The translations under genes were made by a program, and so were the position numbers. Below are positions 1-7,887 of a stretch of DNA of 13,053 nucleotides, in pieces. The DNA is taken from contig JBGFRI010000016.1 of assembly GCA_041695225.1 (NCBI GenBank), positions 1 to 13,053 of the forward strand. Direction: 5' to 3'. The stretch comes from Deinococcota bacterium. GTDB lineage: Bacteria; Deinococcota; Deinococci; Deinococcales; Thermaceae. The notes beneath the pieces were generated by a model, which worked only from the letters and a program-made list of their open reading frames with translations, was not told the origin of the DNA and did not search any database. The stretch's first letter is position 1. Each line of letters opens with the position of its first letter.

Positions 1-42
1 CAGCGTCGGGCCCTGGAACTCCTGAAGACAATCACCCTGTAG
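1..42 (+). CDS. Transposase C-terminal fragment (IS1634-like), truncated by the window edge
   Basis: Frame +1 open from base 1 to TAG at 40-42: QRRALELLKTITL*. Confidence 0.6.
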   Translation, partial: QRRALELLKTITL

Positions 43-124
43 CCAGTTAGCTGACAGCCCCTGCGAGGGAAAAGCGGCATGGCAACGGAACTCTGTGCGA
101 TTCTTGTTCGGGAACTTCAGTCTA
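1..124 (+). mobile_element. Right end of a probable IS1634-family insertion sequence (transposase C-terminus plus terminal repeat)
   Basis: Bases 1-42 read QRRALELLKTITL*, resembling the 'Q-R-x-A-L/F-E-L-L' C-terminus of IS1634-family transposases. About 70 nt later is GGGAACTTCAGTCTA (110-124), resembling a right terminal repeat of that family (from recall). USP homology starts exactly at this point. Confidence 0.65.
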
Positions 125-556
125 ATTCCTACCGATGGGAGTGGCCCCAGCGAGGCCGCAGTCAAGGTGGGCCTCGAGCTGGCCCGCTCGCTACAGGCCA
201 AAGTGACCCTGCTGTATGTGGTGGAGCCAGTGGTGTCCCGCATCCTGATCGGCCCTGAGCCGATATCCTACTACCCTCAGTTGAATCGTGACCTGGTGGA
301 GGCGGGCAAGCGGGCTCTGGAGCGTGCGGAGGAGTTTGCGCAGTATCTGGGGGTCCCGGCCGAGACCGAACTAAAGCTGGGCAGCGCACCTCAGGTGATT
401 CTGGAGACTGCCGACCAGCACGACCTGATCGTGATGGGCACCCACGGACGCAGCGGCCTGGATCGGTTCTTGCTGGGCTCGGTGACCCAGAAGGTGCTTC
501 AACGTAGCCCCAGGCCGGTGCTGGTGGTACGCCAGACCGGAGAGGGGGCTTCGTGA
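95..556 (+). CDS. Universal stress protein (single UspA domain); N-terminus probably replaced by IS sequence
   Basis: LIPTDGS near the start; DLIVMGTHGRSGLDRFLLGSVTQKVLQRSPRPVLVVR is the USP ATP-binding signature. The usual M-F/Y-K-x-I start is absent, and the GTG at 95 lies inside the putative IS end. Confidence 0.9.
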   Translation: MRFLFGNFSLIPTDGSGPSEAAVKVGLELARSLQAKVTLLYVVEPVVSRILIGPEPISYYPQLNRDLVEAGKRALERAEEFAQYLGVPAETELKLGSAPQVILETADQHDLIVMGTHGRSGLDRFLLGSVTQKVLQRSPRPVLVVRQTGEGAS

Positions 557-746
557 GCACTACGAACCCTTCTAACCAGAGGTAACAGACCGCCCGATGC
601 AGCAGACCCTGAAGGTTCATCACCGACTGATGGCGAACCATCGTAACCGTAAGGGGGTTGCCGTAGGAGGCAAACCAATTCGCTGAACCAAATGGTGACA
701 AACAGGTGGTTTTTAGGCAACCAGGGCAGCAATTTTGAAAACCGCT

Positions 747-866
747 CTAAGCTGCCTCGTTGGATAGCCGCAGTACCAATCGGCCCCTAGCCGTGCCCTC
801 CCGCAGGCGGCGGAAGACCTCGTTGATGGCCTAAAGCCCGTTGGGAACCCGGATATCGGCCTTTGC
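747..866 (-). pseudogene. Relic of the C-terminus of a zinc-dependent (AdhP/MDR-type) alcohol dehydrogenase
   Basis: Minus frame reads AKADIRVPNGL*AINEVFRRLREGTARGRLVLRLSNEAA*, matching the 'LEAINEVFxxLxxGxxxGRxVL' C-terminal pattern. There is an internal TAG at 831-833 and no intact upstream gene. Confidence 0.55.
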
Positions 867-1021
867 CCACCGAGCAGGGCCACGCCTGCACCCAAGACCT
901 TCGTGGGCTCGAGGCGGCTAAGAACCGCACCCCATTCGCTGTAAACCTGCTTCCCTGGCGCGTGGTGCAGGCTTCCGGTACCCTTCAGTGCCAGGCGCAA
1001 CCTTACGAACAAGTTCCACCC

Positions 1022-1768
1022 CTACTCCCAGCGGAAGGTGCGAGCTGCGATCGCCACCCCCAGCAACAGGACACCCAGCAGGATTAGCATCTCCCCGCTA
1101 AGGTCGGCCAACCCGGCGCCCAGCCATAGCCCCTGCAGCAGCTCAACGGCATAGGTTACCGGTATATATGGGGAGATATAGTGCGCGATCCAGTCGGGAA
1201 GCCGATCAAGCGGTACGAGTACGCCAGAGAAGAACATCACCGGAAAGTAGATGATCTGTGCGATAGCGTTGGCCGTTCGTTCCGAGCGGGCTACCGCGGG
1301 GATAAACAGGAAGATCGCAGCCAGGCTCAGGAAGGCCAGCACGAAGCCGCCCAGGAAGGCCAACAGGCTCCCGGCCAGCGCCGCACCGTAGACCAGTACC
1401 GCCACCAGGGCAAGCAGAGCAATACCCAGAAGGGTGACGATGAAATTGGCCAGGCCGAAGCCGCCCATAATTGTAAGGGGCGTAGCCGGAGAGCCTTTCA
1501 GACGCTTGAGGAACTTGATCTGGCGGTAGGAGACTATGGTCGCCGGCACACCGAATATAGCTGTGGAGGAGATGATAAGAACCATCAGTGACGGTGTCAC
1601 ATGGTTGATCACGATCTCCTTTGGGGCCTCAGCGGGGACGAAAACTTCCATCGTTAGGAAAAGGAAGAATACCGGAAAGACAAAGGTGAAGAACAGGGCT
1701 ATCGGCTCGCGCCCAAACAGCCTCAGCTCGGTCGAGGTGAGCTTGAAGAACTGCCTGAGTAGTATCAT
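1022..1768 (-). CDS. ABC-2 type exporter permease
   Basis: 248 aa with about 6 hydrophobic segments; REPIALFFTFVFP, LKRLKGSP, FFSGVLVPLDRLP and a C-terminal FRWE. ATGA overlap with the upstream ATPase. Confidence 0.93.
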   Translation of the reverse strand: MILLRQFFKLTSTELRLFGREPIALFFTFVFPVFFLFLTMEVFVPAEAPKEIVINHVTPSLMVLIISSTAIFGVPATIVSYRQIKFLKRLKGSPATPLTIMGGFGLANFIVTLLGIALLALVAVLVYGAALAGSLLAFLGGFVLAFLSLAAIFLFIPAVARSERTANAIAQIIYFPVMFFSGVLVPLDRLPDWIAHYISPYIPVTYAVELLQGLWLGAGLADLSGEMLILLGVLLLGVAIAARTFRWE

Positions 1769-2676
1769 TCTCGCATCTCCTTGCCGGTAATGGCCAGAAA
1801 AACGTCGTCAAGGGTGGGCTTTGAAACGGTAAAATCGCGGAAATCGCAGCCATTTTCGCCCAGCACGCGGATAACCTCGCCCACCACACGGTAGTCGGCG
1901 CACTGGCTGGTGATCTGCCCGTTGCTCAGGCTCAGCCGGCACCCGGCGATCTTCTCTAGCCGCGCCGCAATGCCAGGGTCGTCTACCGCAAAGCTGACCT
2001 TCAAGCCCCCGTCAATAGTCCGGATCAGGTTGGCCGGGGTGTCCAGGGCAACTATCTTGCCTTGATCAATTATGGCCACCCGGTCGCAGAGCCGCTCGGC
2101 TTCCTCCATGAAATGGGTGACCAGGATAACCGTCTTGCCGGCCTGGCGGGTACTGCTGACCAGCCCCCACATGGCCCGGCGGGCCTGGGGGTCGAGCCCG
2201 GTGGTTAGTTCGTCGAAGAAAACCACCTGCGGGTCGTTGACCAGGGCCAAAGCAATGGCCAGCCGCTGTTTTTGCCCTCCCGAAAGGCTATCGTAGTAGG
2301 CATTGGCCTTGTCCTGTAGCCCCACTTTCTCCAAAAGAGGCCCGGCTGGCAGGGAGTGAGGGTAAAAGCTAGAGAAGAGCTCCAGGGCCTCGCGGGCCTT
2401 GATCCGGTCCGGGAATTTGCCCTCCTGCAGCTGGATGCCGATCAGCTGCCGTAGCTGGTAGCCGGCGCTCTGGGGGTCCAGGCCCAAGACGCTGACGGAA
2501 CCTGCTGATGGGACCCGTAGTCCTTCCAGGCACTCCACCGTGGTGGTCTTGCCCGCGCCGTTGGGCCCAACGATGCCGAAGATCTCGTGCTCATATACCT
2601 CGAAGCTGATACCGTCAACGGCTCTCAGACTGCCGTAAGTTTTGGCCAGACCCTCGACGGTGATTGCGGTCTTCAT
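1765..2676 (-). CDS. ABC transporter ATP-binding protein (DrrA/multidrug exporter type)
   Basis: Walker A GPNGAGKTT, signature LSGGQKQR, Walker B VVFFDE, H-loop VTHFMEEAERLCDR, C-terminal PTLDDVFL; GGAAAGG RBS upstream. Confidence 0.95.
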   Translation of the reverse strand: MKTAITVEGLAKTYGSLRAVDGISFEVYEHEIFGIVGPNGAGKTTTVECLEGLRVPSAGSVSVLGLDPQSAGYQLRQLIGIQLQEGKFPDRIKAREALELFSSFYPHSLPAGPLLEKVGLQDKANAYYDSLSGGQKQRLAIALALVNDPQVVFFDELTTGLDPQARRAMWGLVSSTRQAGKTVILVTHFMEEAERLCDRVAIIDQGKIVALDTPANLIRTIDGGLKVSFAVDDPGIAARLEKIAGCRLSLSNGQITSQCADYRVVGEVIRVLGENGCDFRDFTVSKPTLDDVFLAITGKEMRE

Positions 2677-3096
2677 AGTAAGCCCTTTCCGGTTTGGGGA
2701 GTTGAACTGACCTCTAGAAGTAGGGCCGAAGCCCGGTCCATTCTAGTCTAAGTACACCCTTGCCTGGTACTCGGACCACAACTCCAGCCGGGGTCGGGTA
2801 AGCCAGCGACGTGTGGATATGCTTGTGGATTCAAACCTGCTTGGGAGCAGCAGACCCGGCATCAGACTGGCTAGCCGGTATACATTGCCTGGAAAGCAAT
2901 TGCCGTGCCTAGCAAAAGCATCTGCGTGGTGTGGATGACCGCCAGGGTCAACTCCGTCCGATTCTGAGGACTCTTCCCTCTGCAACGAGCTTTGCGATCA
3001 ACCCTGCCTGCTCGTTTGTAGCTCGCTCACACGCAGCTTTAGCCTTAGCTACTTCGCAGGACCTGACTGAGAGTCTGACGTGGCCAGATGCCGGTA

Positions 3097-5814
3097 TCAC
3101 TGCGCGGCTGCCTTGAGCCTGGCCTGTCTTCCAAGCAGGCGGCGGAGCCATTTCTCCAGCTCGACCACCACAAAGGCTAGCAGACCCATCAAGGTGATCA
3201 GCCCCCAGGCCTCCAGGCCAATTGGCGCACTCTCCATGATCACGTTCATGAAGGGCACATAGGTGAATACCAGCTGGATCAGCACCATGCCCGCCGACCC
3301 GACAAAGACCCATGGGTTAGAGAAAAGGCCTACGTGAAACAGCGAATTGTGCAACGAGCGGCAGTTGAACAGGTAGAACAGCTGCACTATCACGATGGTG
3401 TTGACCGCTATGGTCCTGGCCTGCTCGAGGCTGAAACCAGCGCCAAGAGCCCAGAGGAACAGCCCGTAGCCGCTGGCCAGCATCATCCCACCCACCATCA
3501 CCAGCCTGGTCAGTAGCACCGTTGAGAGGATGGGTGCGTCTACCGGGCGCGGTGAGCGCGACATGATGTCGGGCTCCTTGGGCTCAAAGGCCAGCATAGT
3601 TCCCAGGGCGATGACGGTCATCATGTTGACCCACAGGATCTGCACCGGCAGGATCGGGAGGATGGCTCCGGCTGCCACCGCGGCCAGAATAATTGACCCC
3701 TGACCGACGTTGGTCGACAGGGTCCAGGTGATGACCTTGATTAGATTGTCATAGGCGCCGCGGCCCTCCTCCACGGCAGCTTCGATGGAGGCGAAGTTGT
3801 CGTCGGTCAGAACCATATCCGAGGCCTCTTTGGCCACATCGGTGCCGGTAATGCCCATGGCCACACCAATATCTGCCTGCTTGAGGGCCGGCGCGTCGTT
3901 AACGCCATCGCCCGTCATAGCCACGATATGCCGCCGGGCCTGCAACGCCCTGACCAGCCTCAGCTTCTGCTCCGGCGTGACCCGGGCAAAGATGGTGGTG
4001 CGCTCGGCCTGCTCGATCAGGTCATCATCGGAGATACTGGCAATCTCCGCGCCGGTCACCACCTTGGGCGCTGCTCCGTTCAGGCCTAACTGCTCTCCGA
4101 TGGCGGCGGCGGTAAGGGCGTGATCACCGGTGATCATCTTTACCTTAATTCCGGCGTTATGGCAGATCCGCACCGCCTCGATGGCTTCTGGACGCGGGGG
4201 GTCAATCATGCCCTGCAAGCCCAGCAAGGTCAGGCCCGACGACACCTCCGGGTGGGTCAGCCGTGCCGTGCCGGTGGGCAGCTGTTTGCGTGCTACGGCC
4301 AGGACTCGCAGGCCTTTTGAGGCCATCTCGTCGGCTACCTGTTGCACCGCCTCGGTAGCTATTGGAACCTCGAGGCCTTCGGGGTCAATGGCTTGGCTGC
4401 ACCGCGCCAGGGTAGCCTCAACAGAGCCCTTAAAGTAGACCACCGGGGGCTCGCTGGCCCCGGTCTGGTGCAGCGTGGCCATGTACTGGTGTTCAGATTC
4501 AAAAGGGATCAGATCGAGCCGCGGATACCGCCCGGCTTCGTCGTCCTGTTGTAAGCCGGCCTTGGCGGCGGCAACGATGAGCGCCCCCTCGGTAGGGTCA
4601 CCCTCGATCAGCCAGCGTCCGTCCTGCTCGACCAGGCGGCTATCGTTGCACAAGAGGCCCGCGCGCAGGCAGTCCAGCAGCCCGGGTGGAAGGTGGTCAA
4701 CCACCGCACCGTCGCGGGAGAACTCGCCCGCAGGCGCGTAGCCTGCGCCGCTCACGATATAAGCCACTTCCCCTACCACAATCTGCTGAACGGTCATCTG
4801 GTTTTGGGTCAGTGTACCGGTCTTGTCCGAACAGATTACCGTGGTGCTGCCCAGAGCCTCCACCGCGGGCAGCTTGCGAATAATTGCCCGGCGCTGCGCC
4901 ATACGCATCACACTGATCGCCAGGATGATGGTAAGCGCGGCAGGCAGCCCCTCCGGTATCACCGCCACGGCCAGGGCGATGGCCGCCATCAGGTTGTCGG
5001 CCAGCTGCAGGCCGTGCACCAGTCCGATAGCGAAGGTAGCGGCAGCCACGGCCAGGATGACGACCATGAGCATGCGGCTGAACTGGGCGATCTTGCGGGT
5101 CAAGGGGGTCTGGACCCCCTCGGCAGTAGTGATCAGGTGCGAGATGCGCCCGACCGCAGTGTTGTCGCCGGTGGCCACCACCAGGCCTATCCCCCGGCCA
5201 TAAGTGACCAGGGTGGTGGCAAAGGCCATGTTCTTTTGGTCCGACAGGATGGTTGACGCCGGGAGGATTACCTCAGCCACTTTCTCAACTGGCACCGATT
5301 CACCGGTGAGCGCAGCCTCGGATATCTGGAGGTCGCGCGACTCGATCAGGCGAAGGTCTGCGGGAACCTTGTCGCCAGAGCGCAGAACCACAATGTCGCC
5401 CGGGACCAGCTCGGTCGCCTGGATGCGCTGAGTCTTGCCGGAGCGGATTACCGTGGCCTCGGTAATTAGCGACTGCGCCAGGCTCCTGATGGCGTGCTCG
5501 GCCTTGGACTCCTGCACGAAGCCCAGAATGGCGTTGAAAAGCACCACTCCAAAGATTACCGCAGCGGGGACGGTACCCTTGACCACCAGGGTTACTACGG
5601 TGGCAACAAGCAGAATGTAGATTAGCGGATGGTGGAACTGGAGCAGAAAGCGCACCAGCGGGCCATGGCGCCGCTCAGGGGTGATAAGGTTAGGACCGTA
5701 CTGCTCCAGCCGGTGCTGGACCTCGAACCGGTCGAGTCCTTTGGCCGGATCGGTCTCTAGCAACGCCAGCGCCTCTTGGTGCGAAACGTGGTGCCAGTGG
5801 CGAACGGGTAGCAT
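3097..5814 (-). CDS. Cation-transporting P-type ATPase, type IIA (CtpF/PacL-like)
   Basis: 905 aa; TGES, IPEGLP, phosphorylation site CSDKTGTLTQN, GDPTEGAL, MITGDH, FARVTPEQK, MTGDGVNDAPALKQADIGVAMG. Confidence 0.96.
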   Translation of the reverse strand: MLPVRHWHHVSHQEALALLETDPAKGLDRFEVQHRLEQYGPNLITPERRHGPLVRFLLQFHHPLIYILLVATVVTLVVKGTVPAAVIFGVVLFNAILGFVQESKAEHAIRSLAQSLITEATVIRSGKTQRIQATELVPGDIVVLRSGDKVPADLRLIESRDLQISEAALTGESVPVEKVAEVILPASTILSDQKNMAFATTLVTYGRGIGLVVATGDNTAVGRISHLITTAEGVQTPLTRKIAQFSRMLMVVILAVAAATFAIGLVHGLQLADNLMAAIALAVAVIPEGLPAALTIILAISVMRMAQRRAIIRKLPAVEALGSTTVICSDKTGTLTQNQMTVQQIVVGEVAYIVSGAGYAPAGEFSRDGAVVDHLPPGLLDCLRAGLLCNDSRLVEQDGRWLIEGDPTEGALIVAAAKAGLQQDDEAGRYPRLDLIPFESEHQYMATLHQTGASEPPVVYFKGSVEATLARCSQAIDPEGLEVPIATEAVQQVADEMASKGLRVLAVARKQLPTGTARLTHPEVSSGLTLLGLQGMIDPPRPEAIEAVRICHNAGIKVKMITGDHALTAAAIGEQLGLNGAAPKVVTGAEIASISDDDLIEQAERTTIFARVTPEQKLRLVRALQARRHIVAMTGDGVNDAPALKQADIGVAMGITGTDVAKEASDMVLTDDNFASIEAAVEEGRGAYDNLIKVITWTLSTNVGQGSIILAAVAAGAILPILPVQILWVNMMTVIALGTMLAFEPKEPDIMSRSPRPVDAPILSTVLLTRLVMVGGMMLASGYGLFLWALGAGFSLEQARTIAVNTIVIVQLFYLFNCRSLHNSLFHVGLFSNPWVFVGSAGMVLIQLVFTYVPFMNVIMESAPIGLEAWGLITLMGLLAFVVVELEKWLRRLLGRQARLKAAAQ

Positions 5815-5871
5815 GGTTGGTCCTGTTGGTTGGCTGCCGACCCTGACTGGGCGCCAGGGCTGGTCGTGTTC

Positions 5872-5892
5872 CGGCTGTCAGTATAACAGCCG
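5872..5892 (-). promoter_or_regulatory. Putative extended -10 promoter of the P-type ATPase inside a palindrome
   Basis: Minus strand TGtTATACT (hexamer 5880-5885), flanked by the perfect inverted repeat CGGCTGT-N7-ACAGCCG. Confidence 0.5.
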
Positions 5893-5967
5893 TTTAAGCT
5901 CTCGCAGTGGCGTTGCTTCCACGAGCTAAAGTTGCAGCATCAAGAACTTTGTACTCGCCAAGGTACG

Positions 5968-6265
5968 CTAGGTCTGTTGCTCGTTAATAGGGGCTGCAGC
6001 CTCCAAAATGTGCGCTTCAATCAGCTCGAGCAGGCGCCGGAGTTAGGCCTGCTGCGCTTCGTCGGTCAGAAACTTCTGGTGTAGGAGCGGGGTTATCCAC
6101 CCGACTGGTGAAGAATAACCCGCGGCAGGCAGCCAACGTGCGTAGCGCCTACCACCGCTGCAAGGTGCGGGGGTGGCCGAGGCGGATGGAAGCCTCGAGG
6201 CCCGATTCGCGGCTGATAACCTCTGGGGGCAGGGCCAGTTCCATGAGCTTGCGCTTACAGATCAT
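5968..6265 (-). pseudogene. Degenerate N-terminus of a DUF1156-domain (adenine DNA methylase-associated) gene
   Basis: MICKRKLMELALPPEVISRESGLEASIRLGHPRTLQRW*ALRTLAACRGLFFTSRVDNP, a frameshift near 6090, then LLHQKFLTDEAQQA*LRRLLELIEAH. This matches the recalled DUF1156 consensus [44 protein letters not shown].LVDDP....FPTEEAQ..ER.RLF..IE. Stops at 6149-6151 and 6043-6045. Confidence 0.8.
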
Positions 6266-6699
6266 GACGACTCTGCGGTTAGGTAGTGGTCAAGAACAGG
6301 AGTTGTCCAGGTGGCAAGGCCACAGCCAAAAAAGTCGCGGTCCTCGGTCCAGATGCCCGCGTCTAGCGCCAGCGCCAGGGCGACGCTAGGCCAGTCATCG
6401 GGGTCCTGCGGGATGCGCCACAAGGCTTCCTTCTGCAAGGGTTCTATGGAGTGATTGGGGACTATCGTCAGGGCTAGGTCTGCAACTCGGAACCCTTCCT
6501 GGATGAGCGCAGCAGCTTTTTGCGGGGTAAGCCTGCCATTTTGTACCAGGAGACGTTCTCGGCGCAGGAGTTCGTGCCGCATTTCAGTCCAGGTGGGCTC
6601 GGCGATGAAAAGATCGAGCTTTGGCTCGCGCAGGCGGGCTCTACCACGAGTGCGAAGCAGTTCGGCAACCAGGGTGCTGGCGTCAACCACGAGTCGCAT
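6262..6699 (-). CDS. PIN-domain toxin (PIN_2-like ribonuclease)
   Basis: Start reassigned to the ATG at 6699: MRLVVDASTLVAEL...DPDDWPSVALALALDAGIWTEDRDFF, carrying the acidic PIN catalytic residues. Overlaps the upstream antitoxin. Confidence 0.88.
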   Translation of the reverse strand: MRLVVDASTLVAELLRTRGRARLREPKLDLFIAEPTWTEMRHELLRRERLLVQNGRLTPQKAAALIQEGFRVADLALTIVPNHSIEPLQKEALWRIPQDPDDWPSVALALALDAGIWTEDRDFFGCGLATWTTPVLDHYLTAESS

Positions 6700-6958
6700 C
6701 GCGCACGCTGTGTTCCCAGCCCTTGGTAAAAAAATCAACCAGCTCGTTTTCGGTCATGCCGGTCTGTGCCACAATTTCCTCCATAAGCGCGTCCATCCGT
6801 GCTATGGCGGCATCTAGTTTAGGGTCGTTCTTGTCTTTTGCTTTGATGGGCAGGTAAAAACCTACGGGCTTGCCGTGCTTCTCGATAACGAGGCTTTCGC
6901 CCTCGTTAATGAGGGCAGTTGCTTTGGTCTTGAATTCCCGAACGCCTACACGCTTCAC
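6683..6958 (-). CDS. Phd/YefM-family antitoxin
   Basis: MKRVGVREFKTKATALINEGESLVIEKHGKPVG is a Phd-type N-terminus, followed by an acidic C-terminus. AAGGAGG RBS; 17-nt overlap with the PIN gene. Confidence 0.88.
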   Translation of the reverse strand: MKRVGVREFKTKATALINEGESLVIEKHGKPVGFYLPIKAKDKNDPKLDAAIARMDALMEEIVAQTGMTENELVDFFTKGWEHSVRDATRG

Positions 6959-6962
6959 GGCG

Positions 6963-6985
6963 CCTCCTTGGTGGCTACCATTGTA
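6963..6985 (-). promoter_or_regulatory. -10 box, operator-like near-palindrome and RBS of the Phd-PIN operon
   Basis: Minus strand: TACAAT (6980-6985), near-palindrome TGGTAGCCACCA (6969-6980), AAGGAGG (6963-6969). Confidence 0.55.
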
Positions 6986-7003
6986 TCTCTTTTTCGATCA
7001 GGG

Positions 7004-7384
7004 CTAACGGATCGGTCTGATCTCGATGCCAAGGGGCAGCCGGATCCATTCGCGATCCGCGGTATAGACGCTCCAACCTTTTTCGAGGCCAAGCGCCAAG
7101 CAAGCCCGGTCGCCTAGCGACAGGCCGAGCTGCCTGGTCTCGAAGTAGAGGCGGGCAGCAAGCTCCGCCGTGCTGGGCGCAAACGGTTCAATCGTAACGC
7201 CAAGCTGCTCGAACAGTACGCGCAGCGGCCTGGTGTCGCGGCCCCTCCCCTGCACTTTCTGGACAACCTCCGACCAGTTGACGCTCGAGATGAGGCTACC
7301 CCGCAGGGCAGCGCGTACCACTGCACTGCCCGGCTCGTTAAAGGCCAGGGTGAGCAGGCTCGAGGCATCGTGCACCACACTCAT
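7004..7384 (-). CDS. vapC: VapC-family PIN toxin
   Basis: MSVVHDASSLL...NEPG...ISSVNWSEV...GLSLGDRACLALG...VYTADREW, a classic VapC pattern. Confidence 0.92.
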   Translation of the reverse strand: MSVVHDASSLLTLAFNEPGSAVVRAALRGSLISSVNWSEVVQKVQGRGRDTRPLRVLFEQLGVTIEPFAPSTAELAARLYFETRQLGLSLGDRACLALGLEKGWSVYTADREWIRLPLGIEIRPIR

Positions 7385-7454
7385 CTAGAATAGCTCCCAG
7401 CAGCAGGTAGGACCCGGTCACAATCGCGCCTCGAAAACGACACCATACACCTTA

Positions 7455-7733
7455 CTAAAGGTTCTTTTCCATCTCCCGCGCTTCCCGCTGGCCCTCTTCC
7501 CGGCGCTCGCGCAACAGATCTTCGCTCACCAGGGGACCCCCCTCGGCTGCGCCGACAAGCTCATGCAGGCGCGCGATGACCGTCTCCTCGGTCTCGAGCA
7601 CCAGGCGGCCGCGCTGGGGCTCAACGGTAAGCAGCAGCGTATCGCCCTCTTTCAGGCGCAGGGCGTCTCGCACGGGGGCCGGAATTACGATCCGCCCGTT
7701 CTGCCCTAAGCGAATGTTGACCGCTTGACCCAT
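7455..7733 (-). CDS. AbrB/MazE/SpoVT-family antitoxin (VapB-like)
   Basis: Start reassigned to the ATG at 7733: MGQAVNIRLGQNGRIVIPAPVRDALRLKEGDTL...LVSEDLLRERREE. GRIVIP is the swapped-hairpin motif, and the gene lies upstream of vapC. Confidence 0.9.
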   Translation of the reverse strand: MGQAVNIRLGQNGRIVIPAPVRDALRLKEGDTLLLTVEPQRGRLVLETEETVIARLHELVGAAEGGPLVSEDLLRERREEGQREAREMEKNL

Positions 7734-7740
7734 TACCCTA

Positions 7741-7768
7741 ACTTTACCAGAAACTTCACATCTGGCAA
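7741..7768 (-). promoter_or_regulatory. Leaderless promoter with overlapping inverted repeat for the AbrB-VapC operon
   Basis: Minus strand TTGCCA-N16-TAAAGT (extended TG), then 7 nt to the ATG. The imperfect inverted repeat TTACCAGA-N9-TCTGGCAA (7744-7768) spans it. Confidence 0.6.
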
Positions 7769-7887
7769 TGATAAACTTTGTACCACCCAAGGTTGTTGTG
7801 TCTACGTGAGATTTGTTTGGTAAGGGACAAATGCGCCGCCAGACGGTAACTCGAGCCGGCCACATTAAAGTCCGGCTATAAGCAAGA

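Noticed and set aside
597..686. Short ORF MQQTLKVHHRLMANHRNRKGVAVGGKPIR, reminiscent of a CopZ start
   Set aside because: No CxxC motif and only 29 aa; the similarity is limited to about 7 residues.
2743..2757. CTAGTCTAAGTACAC as a partner end for the IS1634-like repeat
   Set aside because: The match needs a gap and mismatches, no transposase follows, and it is equally explained as -10 boxes of the ABC operon.
2812..2940. TGTGGAT words resembling DnaA boxes (possible origin)
   Set aside because: Only three imperfect matches, no perfect TGTGGATAA, no AT-rich unwinding element and no replication genes nearby.
3334..5929. Numerous + strand ORFs antisense to the P-type ATPase (likewise over the ABC, USP and rpl genes)
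   Set aside because: These are shadow ORFs expected from GC-rich codon usage, with no recognisable motifs.
6108..6389. 93-aa + strand ORF
   Set aside because: No recognisable motif; the region is explained by the minus-strand PIN gene and the DUF1156 relic.
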